A DNA stretch of 64,000 bases, taken from NCBI GenBank assembly GCA_017561085.1, contig JAFZDQ010000060.1, forward strand, positions 17,691 through 81,690, written 5' to 3'. Origin of the DNA: Lachnospiraceae bacterium. GTDB taxonomy: Bacteria > Bacillota > Clostridia > Lachnospirales > Lachnospiraceae. The notes under the pieces were generated by a model. That model did not search any database. It saw nothing but the letters and a program-made list of their open reading frames with translations, and was not told the origin of the DNA. Positions 1 to 8,924 of the stretch are shown here, piece by piece (positions within the stretch are counted from its first letter, which is position 1; every line of letters starts with the position of its first letter). The position numbers were made by a program, and so were the translations under genes.

Positions 1-348
1 CCGGACGGCAAGGTTGACCAGGAAACAGCTGATAAGCTGAAAGAGCTTTTTACAGCCGAAGAACATACCTTGAATCCCAAGGTAAAAACCAAAACCAACT
101 TTGTAAATTACTATAATAATCTGGTATCCCAGGTAGCCAATACCGGCTCCGTTATGAGGGGAATCAGTGAAAACCAGCAGGTGACGGTAGACAATACCGC
201 AGCTGCAAGGGAACAGATCTTAGGAGTTTCCTCAGATGAAGAACTGGGAAATATGATCATGTTCCAGAACGCATACAATGCTTCCAGCCGATATATCAAT
301 GTCATCAGTGAATTATTAGAGCACATTATTATGACACTGGGAAGCTAA
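1..348 (+). CDS. flgK: Flagellar hook-associated protein FlgK, paralog 1 (5' end outside window)
   Basis: Frame is open from base 1. C-terminus REQILGVSSDEELGNMIMFQNAYNASSRYINVISELLEHII matches the FlgK C-terminal motif. Confidence 0.85.
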   Translation, partial: PDGKVDQETADKLKELFTAEEHTLNPKVKTKTNFVNYYNNLVSQVANTGSVMRGISENQQVTVDNTAAAREQILGVSSDEELGNMIMFQNAYNASSRYINVISELLEHIIMTLGS

Positions 349-386
349 GAGACCGGAACGTAGGAAACCGGGAAAGGGGTGAGTGA

Positions 387-2243
387 ATGCCTTCACAATT
401 TTTTGGATTACAAATAGCATCATCGGGGCTTAGAGCTTCCAATGCATCCTTGAATACGACAGCAAATAACATCGCCAATGCGCAGACTGTGGGGTATTCC
501 AGACAGATGGTCTCCCAGCAGGCAAGTAACGCACTCCGGACCTTTTCTACTTACGGATGTGCCGGCGCCGGTGTAGATACCATCGCCATTGAACGTGTCA
601 GAGATGAATTTTATGATGTAAAATATTGGGACAATAACTGCAAGTACGGGGAATATGAAGTAAAATCCTACTACTGCCGTACCATTGAAGATTATTTTGA
701 TGATGACGGTACCACAGGATTCCGTTCCGTATTTAACAAAATGACCAATACCTTACAGTCCATCGTATCCAATGCCAGCAATGATACCACCAAGGCAGAA
801 TTTATTTCCGCTGTCAAGGCGCTGACAGATTACTTTAACAATATGTACGGTAATCTTCAGGAACTTCAGAAAGATATCAACCTGGAAATCAAACAGAATG
901 TAGATGAAATCAATTCCATCGCAGAGCAGATGGTAACCTTGAATAAACAGATTAACGTCATCGAACTTTCCGGTGCAAGGGCAAATGACCTTCGTGACCA
1001 GAGGGAAGTGCTGGTGGACAGACTTTCCGAAATCGTGGATGTGGATATTACGGAGTACCCGATTACGGATGCCAATGACCCCACCAGAGAAACCGGCGGC
1101 ACCAGATATATCGTACAGATTGCCGGCGGACAGACCCTGGTAGATGCAGGCGACTATAATACGCTTTCTTACACGGCCAGAGCCAATGATGAAAAAATCA
1201 ACCAGACCGATGTAGACGGCCTTTACAAAATCGTATGGTCAAACGGAAATGAGTTTAACTTGACCAATGCGGCAATGGAAGGAAAATTAAAAGGACTTGT
1301 GGAGATGCGCGACGGTAATAACGGAGCAAACTTCCATGGTGAACTTACCGCAGTGGACAGAAATGCTACCATTACCAATCCTGACGGAAGTACCCGGACA
1401 GGGACCAAGATTACCATTTCCGTAGCGGATGATTACCTGAAGAATATGCAGGAATGTACCCTGGCAGGGGGCGGCGGTGAAATCAATATCGGAAACACCC
1501 TCTTTTATTATTCTTCCTGGGAATTTAATCCGGATACCGCAGAATATACCTTCTACATGAATGATGATAAAAATGACGTAGAAGTGACAGACGACCTGGT
1601 AGGAAAAGATATCCGCACCGAAGCGGCCATTAAATATCAGGGAATTCCTTACTATATGGAACAGATGAATGCCTGGCTCCGCGGCTTTGTGGACAAAGTA
1701 AATGAAATTTTCACAAGCGGCTACGATGCCAAAGGAAATCCGGGATGTATTTTATTTACCGGAAATAAAGCAACCGAAGGCCAGTATGCGGCAGAGGATT
1801 TACAGGCAGGCGTAGGCAACGGACTCTTTGAACTGACAGCCGGCAATATTGCCATCAATGATGCGCTTCTTGCGGATGCTTCTTTACTGGGAACCCGGGA
1901 AAAAGCAGAAAACGGCGTAGAAGAATGTAATCAGATTAAGAAATTAATCGTAATGATTAACAGCAAAGAAAAATTCAGTTTCCGGAACGGAAGTGCCAGC
2001 CAGTTACTTGAAAGTCTTCTTTCCGACGTGGCGTTAAATGCAAGTAATGCAAATACCTTCTGTACCACCTATCAGGGGTTACAGACATCCATAGACAATC
2101 AGAGAACATCAATTTCCGGCGTAGATGAAGACGAAGAAGCAGTAAGCCTTGTGAAATACCAAAATGCTTATACCCTTGCTTCCAAGATGGTTCAGGTGCT
2201 GACCGAAATTTATGACAGACTGATTTTGGAAACGGGAGTATAA
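387..2243 (+). CDS. flgK: Flagellar hook-associated protein FlgK, paralog 2
   Basis: N-terminus FFGLQIASSGLRASNASLNTTANNIANAQTVGYSRQ and C-terminus SGVDEDEEAVSLVKYQNAY are FlgK signatures. Confidence 0.93.
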   Translation: MPSQFFGLQIASSGLRASNASLNTTANNIANAQTVGYSRQMVSQQASNALRTFSTYGCAGAGVDTIAIERVRDEFYDVKYWDNNCKYGEYEVKSYYCRTIEDYFDDDGTTGFRSVFNKMTNTLQSIVSNASNDTTKAEFISAVKALTDYFNNMYGNLQELQKDINLEIKQNVDEINSIAEQMVTLNKQINVIELSGARANDLRDQREVLVDRLSEIVDVDITEYPITDANDPTRETGGTRYIVQIAGGQTLVDAGDYNTLSYTARANDEKINQTDVDGLYKIVWSNGNEFNLTNAAMEGKLKGLVEMRDGNNGANFHGELTAVDRNATITNPDGSTRTGTKITISVADDYLKNMQECTLAGGGGEINIGNTLFYYSSWEFNPDTAEYTFYMNDDKNDVEVTDDLVGKDIRTEAAIKYQGIPYYMEQMNAWLRGFVDKVNEIFTSGYDAKGNPGCILFTGNKATEGQYAAEDLQAGVGNGLFELTAGNIAINDALLADASLLGTREKAENGVEECNQIKKLIVMINSKEKFSFRNGSASQLLESLLSDVALNASNANTFCTTYQGLQTSIDNQRTSISGVDEDEEAVSLVKYQNAYTLASKMVQVLTEIYDRLILETGV

Positions 2244-2264
2244 AAAGATAAGGAGAGTGGAAGC

Positions 2265-3785
2265 ATGAGAATGACGAATAAAATTATGCAGAATAATTCC
2301 CTGTATAATATCAACAATAATAAAGTGCTGCAGGATAAACTCAGTACACAAATGTCAACACAGAAAAAGATCACACGTCCTTCTGATGATCCGGTTATTG
2401 CCATCCGTGCACTCCGTCTTCGTACCAGTGTATCGGAACTGACACAGTTTTATGAAAAAAATGCACCTGACGCGGAAAGCTGGCTTACCGTTACGGAAAA
2501 AGCACTTGGCACAGGCGCAGAAGTCATTACGGATATTGTGAAGCAGGCAACCAAGGGTGCCAACAAGGATTTAACCGTGGATGATTTGGTGATTATCACC
2601 CAGCAGATTACCAACCTCCGTGATGAATTTTATTCTACGGGAAATGTGGATTATGCAGGAAGATATGTGTTTACCGGTTACAGGACCGATACCACACTTT
2701 CCTTTACGGAAGAGGTGGAAGGTTTAAATCCCCAGCCTAAGTATTCCATTATCGAGCAGCTGGTAATCGGTGATTTTGATACTGTTACCCATGTAGAGAC
2801 TTCGGCTCTGGACGGTCTGAATAAGAATAATTATACGGAAGCCCAGTACGGGGAAGCACAGCTTACCGAACAGAAAATAGCCAAAAGCGAAATTCACAGA
2901 ATCAGACTTGCCTATGATGATACTTCCAAGGATACTGCCCCCACCATTACTTATGGCGGAAATACCATAAATACCACTATTGGTACCCAGGGACAGATTC
3001 CCGGTGAGGATGAAGCAATTTATATTCCCGAGACCGGAGAAATCCTTTGGGGAAATAATATTTATCAGCAGATGGAAGGTGCAGTGGAAACCGATACGGA
3101 AATCCGTATTACCTATGAAAAAACTGCATGGAAAGACGGCGACCTTCGCCCGGAACATTATTTTGCATGTACCGCCACCACGAAGAACGAAGACGGCACT
3201 GACAAAGTAGTGGATTACAATCAGGAATATCTCCAGGGCAGGGAAGAATCCCAGGTGATTGAATATGACGTGGGTTACAACCAGAAAATCCGTGTCAACA
3301 CCACTGCAAGAGAAGCCTTTACCCATGATTTGGACCGTGATGTGGATGACCTGCAGACCGCTATGGAAAAACTCAAAGAGATTAACGCAACGGTTGCCGA
3401 CTTAAAAACGGTCATGAGCGGTATGACGGAAACAGACCCGAATTATGAACTGGTGCAAAATCAGCTTGATGCAGCCAATAAAGCATTTGACTATGTGAGA
3501 GAAAACATACATAATATCTTTGAGGGAACCATTACCAAGATGCAGTCCCATTTGAATGCAACGAATCTTGCGGTGACTGATAATGGTACCAGAAGCAGCC
3601 GTCTTGCACTTGTCAGCAACCGGCTTATGGAACAAAAAACCACATTCCAGACTCTTCAGTCTGAGAATGAAGATGTGGATATATCGGAAGTTGCAATCCA
3701 GCTGACCAGTACCGAACTTACTTATGAAGCGGCACTGATGGCGACAGGAAAGATTATGCAGACTTCCCTGATGAATTATATTTAA
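2265..3785 (+). CDS. flgL: Flagellar hook-associated protein FlgL
   Basis: MRMTNKIM...STQKKITRPSDDPV and C-terminal EDVDISEVAIQLTSTELTYEAAL...SLMNYI. Follows flgK. Confidence 0.92.
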   Translation: MRMTNKIMQNNSLYNINNNKVLQDKLSTQMSTQKKITRPSDDPVIAIRALRLRTSVSELTQFYEKNAPDAESWLTVTEKALGTGAEVITDIVKQATKGANKDLTVDDLVIITQQITNLRDEFYSTGNVDYAGRYVFTGYRTDTTLSFTEEVEGLNPQPKYSIIEQLVIGDFDTVTHVETSALDGLNKNNYTEAQYGEAQLTEQKIAKSEIHRIRLAYDDTSKDTAPTITYGGNTINTTIGTQGQIPGEDEAIYIPETGEILWGNNIYQQMEGAVETDTEIRITYEKTAWKDGDLRPEHYFACTATTKNEDGTDKVVDYNQEYLQGREESQVIEYDVGYNQKIRVNTTAREAFTHDLDRDVDDLQTAMEKLKEINATVADLKTVMSGMTETDPNYELVQNQLDAANKAFDYVRENIHNIFEGTITKMQSHLNATNLAVTDNGTRSSRLALVSNRLMEQKTTFQTLQSENEDVDISEVAIQLTSTELTYEAALMATGKIMQTSLMNYI

Positions 3786-3836
3786 CGGTAACCCTAAAAG
3801 ACAAGGCGCGTAATGGTACGCAGATAGGAGCTTATT

Positions 3837-4295
3837 ATGACAATCGTAACAAAAGTATTTGGTGAAGTAACAATTGATGATGACAAAATTATTCAGTTTC
3901 CTTCAGGAATTATCGGCTTTCCCGATTTGACGGACTTTGCCCTGATTCATGATGAAGAAAAGGGAAGCGGTTCCATTCATTGGCTGCAGTCAATGCAGGA
4001 GCCTGCATTTGCAATGCCGGTTATGGATCCCCTTTTGGTAGTTCCTGATTATAATCCCGAAGTGGATGATGAGCTTTTAAAGAAAATCGGTGAAATCAAT
4101 CCCGAAGAGTTATTGGTGCTTGTGACCGTGACTGTTCCCAGTGACATTACCAAGATGACCGTAAACTTAAAGGGCCCCATCGTCATTAACGCAGCAGAAA
4201 AGAAAGCGTGTCAGATTATCGTTGAAGGCGACGGCTATGCCGTAAAATATCCTATTTATGATATTTTGAACGCCATGAAGAAAGCAGGTGAGTAG
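3837..4295 (+). CDS. fliW: Flagellar assembly factor FliW (CsrA antagonist)
   Basis: FPSGIIGFP, WLQS, MTVNLKGPIVIN motifs. Lies directly before csrA. Confidence 0.92.
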   Translation: MTIVTKVFGEVTIDDDKIIQFPSGIIGFPDLTDFALIHDEEKGSGSIHWLQSMQEPAFAMPVMDPLLVVPDYNPEVDDELLKKIGEINPEELLVLVTVTVPSDITKMTVNLKGPIVINAAEKKACQIIVEGDGYAVKYPIYDILNAMKKAGE

Positions 4296-4296
4296 G

Positions 4297-4515
4297 ATGT
4301 TAGCTTTATCCAGAAAGAAAAACGAAGCACTCGTTATCAATAATAATATCGAGATTACAGTCCTTGAAATTAAGGGCGAGCAGGTGAAGCTGGGCATCAG
4401 CGCACCGAAAGAAATTCCCGTATACCGTAAAGAGGTATATATCCAGATTCAGGACGCAAACAAAGAAGCAGTGAATGTGGACGGTTTGGATGCGCTGAAG
4501 AATTTGTTTGGTTAG
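4297..4515 (+). CDS. csrA: Carbon storage regulator CsrA
   Basis: MLALSRKKNEALVINNNIEITVLEIKGEQVKLGISAPKEIPVYRKEVY. ATG at 4297. Confidence 0.95.
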   Translation: MLALSRKKNEALVINNNIEITVLEIKGEQVKLGISAPKEIPVYRKEVYIQIQDANKEAVNVDGLDALKNLFG

Positions 4516-4528
4516 GAAGAAAATTAGG

Positions 4529-4560
4529 AAAGTGGAAGGAAATGCTCCTTCCGCTTTGTT
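4529..4560 (+). terminator. Probable intrinsic terminator after csrA
   Basis: Stem AAAGTGGAAGGA / TCCTTCCGCTTT with a 5-nt loop and a T-rich tail. Confidence 0.6.
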
Positions 4561-4591
4561 GTCTGAAAAATAAAAAATCTGAAATTCCCTC

Positions 4592-4618
4592 TAAATTTTT
4601 CCAAACATAATCCGATAT
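4592..4618 (+). promoter_or_regulatory. Sigma-28 (FliA/SigD) promoter of the flaG-fliD-fliS-flgN operon
   Basis: TAAA-N15-TCCGATAT, close to the consensus TAAA-N15-GCCGATAT. Confidence 0.8.
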
Positions 4619-4674
4619 ATAAGTAGAAGACGTATAGACTCTAAGTAACTTTATGTAACTTAATAACAATTTAC

Positions 4675-4690
4675 ATCACACGGAGGTGAT
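4675..4690 (+). promoter_or_regulatory. Putative CsrA-binding hairpin overlapping the flaG Shine-Dalgarno
   Basis: ATCAC-ACGGAG-GTGAT places ANGGA in the loop and overlaps the GGAGGTG RBS. Confidence 0.55.
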
Positions 4691-4694
4691 TGAA

Positions 4695-5126
4695 ATGGCA
4701 GTTGAACCCATTAGCAGTGCCATGACATATCAGGCACAGACGACCCCGCAGGCTAAGCCTGTACAGAAAACAGTTGTAGAGAACAAGGAAGTTACTACAC
4801 CTGAGCAGAATCTTGCATTAGATGCCACGACAGCAAAAGTGGCTAACGCTGAAAAAGCAGATGCTCAGGGGCAGGAGAATTCCGGAAATGCTGCGAATCA
4901 GCAGGCGACCAATGAGCAGATCAAAAAGGCTGTAGAGCAGATGAATAAGAGCATGGCTCATTCTACAGCAGTATTTGGTATCCACGAAGGTACCAACAGA
5001 GTGACGATTAAGATTGTAGACAAAGATACCAAGGAAGTTATTAAAGAACTTCCTCCTGAAAAAACTCTCGATATGATTGCCAAGGTTTGGGAACTGGCAG
5101 GCATCATGGTGGACGAGAAGAGATAG
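4695..5126 (+). CDS. flaG: Flagellar protein FlaG
   Basis: C-terminal FGIHEGTNRVTIKIVDKDTKEVIKELPPEKTLDMIAKVWELAGIMVDEKR. Precedes fliD. Confidence 0.9.
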   Translation: MAVEPISSAMTYQAQTTPQAKPVQKTVVENKEVTTPEQNLALDATTAKVANAEKADAQGQENSGNAANQQATNEQIKKAVEQMNKSMAHSTAVFGIHEGTNRVTIKIVDKDTKEVIKELPPEKTLDMIAKVWELAGIMVDEKR

Positions 5127-5138
5127 GAGTGTGTAAAG

Positions 5139-6632
5139 ATGGCAATTAGAATGACAGGTATGTATTCCGGTCTTGATACAGACAGCATCATACAGGAAAT
5201 GGTGTCAGCCAGACGTACGAAAGTAGATTCCGCGAAGAAAGCACAGACCAAGCTTTCCTGGAAACAGGATGCATGGAAGAACCTTAATACAAAATTGAAA
5301 AACCTGCAAACGAAGTTTCTTGCGAATATGCGTTTCACAACCTCTTACAGTAAAAAGGTTACCAAAACTTCAAATGACAGTGCGGTTAGCGTGCTTACCG
5401 GCGAAAATGCTGTTAACGGTGTACAGGAATTGAAGGTGAAACATCTTGCTAAGACTGCATACTTAACCGGTGCAGAGATTAAAAGCGACAGCGGAGAGAA
5501 ACTGACGGCACTTTCTAAACTGACGGATATTAATCCTGAATTTAAGGGCGGCAATATTACTGCGACCATCGGCGGAGAAACCAAGGTGATTGATGTAGCA
5601 GCAGATGCTACTATTTCCGATGTTTTGACAGAACTGAAGAATCTGGGCTTAAACGCAAGCTTTGATGAGAAGAACCAGAGAATGTTTGTCAGTGCCAAGG
5701 AATCCGGTGAAGCGGCTGACTTTACCTTAAGCGGAAGCGGACGTGCCCTTACGGCTCTGGGACTTTCCGTAAAGAACAACGGCGCTACCAAGATTGACGG
5801 ACAGGATGCAGAAATTGAATTAAATAATGCAACCTTTAAGAGCAGTAAAAATACCTTTGAAATCAACGGTTTAACCATTACCGCTTTAAATACTACCAAG
5901 GAAGATGAAGTTGTGACTGTTACCACAGAGCAGGATACCGACGGTATCTACGATATGGTAAAGAACTTCCTGAAGGAATATAATGCGGTGATAAATGAAA
6001 TGGACAAGCTTTATAATGCAGATGCTGCCAAGGGATATGAACCTCTGACAGAAGAAGAAAAAGAAGCGATGTCAGAAAGTGAAATCGAAGAGTGGGAAAA
6101 GAAAGTGAAAGATTCCCTGCTTCGTCGTGATGAAAATTTATCAAACGTAATGAGCGGTATCAGGGAAGCCATTGGCGGCGGAATTGAAGTTGGCGGAAAG
6201 ACATTATATTTACATGATTTCGGAATCAATACCCTTGGATATTTCAATGCGGCAGACAATGAGAAGCATGCCCTTCACATTGACGGTGACCCGGACAATG
6301 AATTTACTTCCGGAAATGCAGATAAATTAAAGAGCATGATAGCCGGCAATCCGGACACGGTAATTGCGTTCTTTAGTAAATTATCACAGAATGTATACGA
6401 TAAGATGACCGATCTTTCCAAGTCGAGAGATGGTTACCGTTCATTCGGAAACTTCTATGATGACAAGAAGATGAAGACAGATTATACGGACTATACGTCT
6501 AAAATCCAACAACTTGAAAAGAAATTGGCTGATTATGAGGATTCATGGTACGCGAAGTTCAGTAAGATGGAAACTGCACTTGCGAAAATGCAGTCCAATA
6601 CCAATGCAGTAACCAGTTTATTAGGAGGCTGA
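5139..6632 (+). CDS. fliD: Flagellar filament cap protein FliD
   Basis: TGMYSGLDTDSIIQEMV at the N-terminus, GQDAEIELN...NTFEING, and C-terminal FSKMETALAKMQSNT. Confidence 0.95.
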   Translation: MAIRMTGMYSGLDTDSIIQEMVSARRTKVDSAKKAQTKLSWKQDAWKNLNTKLKNLQTKFLANMRFTTSYSKKVTKTSNDSAVSVLTGENAVNGVQELKVKHLAKTAYLTGAEIKSDSGEKLTALSKLTDINPEFKGGNITATIGGETKVIDVAADATISDVLTELKNLGLNASFDEKNQRMFVSAKESGEAADFTLSGSGRALTALGLSVKNNGATKIDGQDAEIELNNATFKSSKNTFEINGLTITALNTTKEDEVVTVTTEQDTDGIYDMVKNFLKEYNAVINEMDKLYNADAAKGYEPLTEEEKEAMSESEIEEWEKKVKDSLLRRDENLSNVMSGIREAIGGGIEVGGKTLYLHDFGINTLGYFNAADNEKHALHIDGDPDNEFTSGNADKLKSMIAGNPDTVIAFFSKLSQNVYDKMTDLSKSRDGYRSFGNFYDDKKMKTDYTDYTSKIQQLEKKLADYEDSWYAKFSKMETALAKMQSNTNAVTSLLGG

Positions 6633-6636
6633 TGAG

Positions 6637-7023
6637 ATGGCACTACCCAATGCATATGCACAATATAATAACAGCAAGGTCCTGACGGCATCCCCTGCGG
6701 AACTGACATTAATGCTTTATGACGGAGCGATTAAGTTTTGCAACATGGCCACCGATGGGGTAGAGAAGAAGGATATCCAGAAAGCGCATACGAATATTGT
6801 GAAAGTTCAGAATATTATTGCATATCTTCGTTCAACGTTAGATATGAAATATCCCGTGGCACAGGATTTTGAAAGAATGTACGTATACATTGAGAGAAGA
6901 CTGCTGGAAGCCAATATGAAGAAGGACAAAGAAATCTTGGATGAAATTAATGAACATTTACATGCCATCAGGGATACCTGGAAGGAAGTAATGCGGATTA
7001 ATAAAGAGAAAGGGCAGTTATGA
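6637..7023 (+). CDS. fliS: Flagellin chaperone FliS
   Basis: TASPAELTLMLYDGAIKF motif. Follows fliD. Confidence 0.95.
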   Translation: MALPNAYAQYNNSKVLTASPAELTLMLYDGAIKFCNMATDGVEKKDIQKAHTNIVKVQNIIAYLRSTLDMKYPVAQDFERMYVYIERRLLEANMKKDKEILDEINEHLHAIRDTWKEVMRINKEKGQL

Positions 7024-7496
7024 TTGAAAACTATCTGAAAATATTGGAAGAAAGTCTGCAAAAGAAATTAACAGTGTTAGACGAAATCATTGCCTACAAT
7101 AAAGAGCAGGAAAAACTGCTGAAAAAGGAAGATGTTTCCTTAGACGAGCTGGACGCGAATATGAGTCTGAAGGATGGTCTGATTCAGAAACTTTTGAAGC
7201 TGGATGAAGGCTTTGAGATGCTTTATGAACGGATCAGAGAGCAGCTTTTAGGAAACAAGGATGCCTATAAATCCCAGATTCAAAGTCTGCAGCAGTTGAT
7301 TTCCCAAGTGACGGAAAAGAGCGTTTCCATCCAGGCCCAGGAGGCCCGCAACAAGAAACTGGTTGAATATTATTTTGCAAGAGAAAAGGAACAGCTCAAG
7401 CAGGGACGCCAGGCATCGAAGGCGGCTTATGATTATTATAAAAGCATGAGTAATACCGGTATGGTACCCCCGCAGATTATGGATCAAAAAAAGTAA
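7020..7496 (+). CDS. FlgN-like flagellar export chaperone
   Basis: Helical 158-aa protein (YLKILEESLQKKL...QEARNKKLVE) overlapping the fliS stop. Position is typical of the FlgN/FliT-like gene in Lachnospiraceae. Confidence 0.65.
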   Translation: MIENYLKILEESLQKKLTVLDEIIAYNKEQEKLLKKEDVSLDELDANMSLKDGLIQKLLKLDEGFEMLYERIREQLLGNKDAYKSQIQSLQQLISQVTEKSVSIQAQEARNKKLVEYYFAREKEQLKQGRQASKAAYDYYKSMSNTGMVPPQIMDQKK

Positions 7497-7522
7497 TGAT
7501 ATAAAGAAACGAAATGATTAAG

Positions 7523-7559
7523 GCAGGAGCCGGTAGCAGAACCGGTTCCTGTTATTTAT
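7523..7559 (+). terminator. Intrinsic terminator after the flaG operon
   Basis: GCAGGAGCCGGT-AGCAGA-ACCGGTTCCTGT followed by TATTTAT. Confidence 0.6.
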
Positions 7560-7606
7560 GTGTGACTAAGAGAACAAAAAATAATAAAAAAATTTCAAAA
7601 AAGGTA

Positions 7607-7633
7607 TTAAGTTTTGAAAAAACTGCCCGATAT
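7607..7633 (+). promoter_or_regulatory. Sigma-28 promoter, distal copy, upstream of flagellin
   Basis: TTAA-N15-CCCGATAT preceded by an A-tract. Confidence 0.6.
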
Positions 7634-7729
7634 ATATTACAAATACAGCAAGACAATTACTTGCAAAGAACGAATGAAAAACTGAATAAAGCGGTGAAAC
7701 AAAAAAATAAAAAAAGTTTCAAAAAGGTA

Positions 7730-7756
7730 TAAAGTATCCGGAAAAACATCCGATAT
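7730..7756 (+). promoter_or_regulatory. Sigma-28 promoter, proximal copy, upstream of flagellin
   Basis: TAAA-N15-TCCGATAT preceded by an A-tract. Confidence 0.8.
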
Positions 7757-7855
7757 ATATTACAAGTAAGAAACTTAAATGTTTCACTTAAAACTCGTAA
7801 CCGTTCTTGGCAGAACGTACGACTGGCAGGAATTGTTGCAAAACAAACCAAAATA

Positions 7856-7871
7856 GTCGCACGGATGCGAC
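7856..7871 (+). promoter_or_regulatory. CsrA-binding hairpin in the flagellin leader
   Basis: GTCGCA-CGGA-TGCGAC is a perfect 6-bp stem with GGA in the loop, about 10 nt before the AAGGAGG SD. Same layout as the B. subtilis hag leader. Confidence 0.7.
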
Positions 7872-7894
7872 GTTAATTTCAAGGAGGAAAAATT

Positions 7895-8731
7895 ATGGCA
7901 ATGGTAGTACAACACAACATGAGAGCAATGAACTCTAACAGAATGTTAGGCGTAAACACACAGACTCAGGCTAAGTCAACTGAAAAGTTATCATCCGGTT
8001 ACAAGATTAACCGTGCAGCAGATGATGCAGCTGGTCTTTCCATCTCTGAAAAAATGAGACGTCAGATCAGAGGTCTTACACAGGCTTCCGCAAACGCACA
8101 GGATGGTATCTCAATGGTACAGACAGCAGAAGGTGCATTAAATGAAGTACACGATATGCTTCAGAGAATGAACGAACTGGCAGTTAAAGCAGCTAACGGT
8201 TCTAATCAGTCAGTTGATAGAGATTACATCGATGCTGAAATTCAGCAGCTTAAGACAGAAATCAACCGTGTTGCAGCAACCACTACTTTCAATGAAAAGA
8301 ACCTGTTAAACAGCGATCAGACTGTTAACTTACAGGTTGGTGCTGAAACTGAAGCGGCAAACCAGATTTCCGTTACATTAAAGCAGATGAACGCAGCCGG
8401 ACTTAGTATTGAAGGTGTTAACGTAAAAGGCGATGGCACAACTGGTGAAACAGCAGCGAAAGATGCTATTACATCTATCAAAAAGGCGCTTCAGGCAGTT
8501 TCTACTCAGCGTTCCGATCTCGGTGCTCAGCAGAACCGTCTTGAACACACCATCAACAACCTGGACAACGTAGTTGAAAATACAACAGCTGCTGAATCCA
8601 GAATCAGAGATACTGATATGGCAACTGAAATGGTTAAGTACTCCAATAACAACATCCTTGCTCAGGCAGGACAGGCTATGCTGGCTCAGTCTAATCAGGC
8701 TAACCAGGGCGTACTTTCCTTATTACAGTAA
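7895..8731 (+). CDS. fliC: Flagellin (short, 278 aa)
   Basis: EKLSSGYKINRAADDAAGL, LQRMNELAV, LGAQQNRLEHT and RIRDTDMA motifs. Confidence 0.97.
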   Translation: MAMVVQHNMRAMNSNRMLGVNTQTQAKSTEKLSSGYKINRAADDAAGLSISEKMRRQIRGLTQASANAQDGISMVQTAEGALNEVHDMLQRMNELAVKAANGSNQSVDRDYIDAEIQQLKTEINRVAATTTFNEKNLLNSDQTVNLQVGAETEAANQISVTLKQMNAAGLSIEGVNVKGDGTTGETAAKDAITSIKKALQAVSTQRSDLGAQQNRLEHTINNLDNVVENTTAAESRIRDTDMATEMVKYSNNNILAQAGQAMLAQSNQANQGVLSLLQ

Positions 8732-8759
8732 GCTCAGTAAATTGCTAACAAAACTACCG

Positions 8760-8790
8760 AAAAGGGCCGACGTTAGTCGGCTCTTTTTTT
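8760..8790 (+). terminator. Intrinsic terminator after flagellin
   Basis: AGGGCCGAC-GTTA-GTCGGCTCT followed by TTTTTT. Confidence 0.85.
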
Positions 8791-8835
8791 GACGTTTTTT
8801 CAGAGTGAAAATCGCCCTTACAGGCACTTTTTTTA

Positions 8836-8864
8836 TTTCATAAATGTTCTAAGTATGTTATGAT
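8836..8864 (+). promoter_or_regulatory. Possible sigma-A promoter for the glycosyltransferase operon
   Basis: TTTCAT-N17-TATGAT with an extended -10 TG. Confidence 0.4.
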
Positions 8865-8924
8865 GAAAATGGTAGAAAAACCATGAAAAATAGTGATTTG
8901 TTCTATAAGTGTCGGGGGATGTAA

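Noticed and set aside
7514-7851. Lys/Phe-rich ORFs upstream of flagellin
   Set aside because: Translation artefacts of the A-tract promoter duplication.
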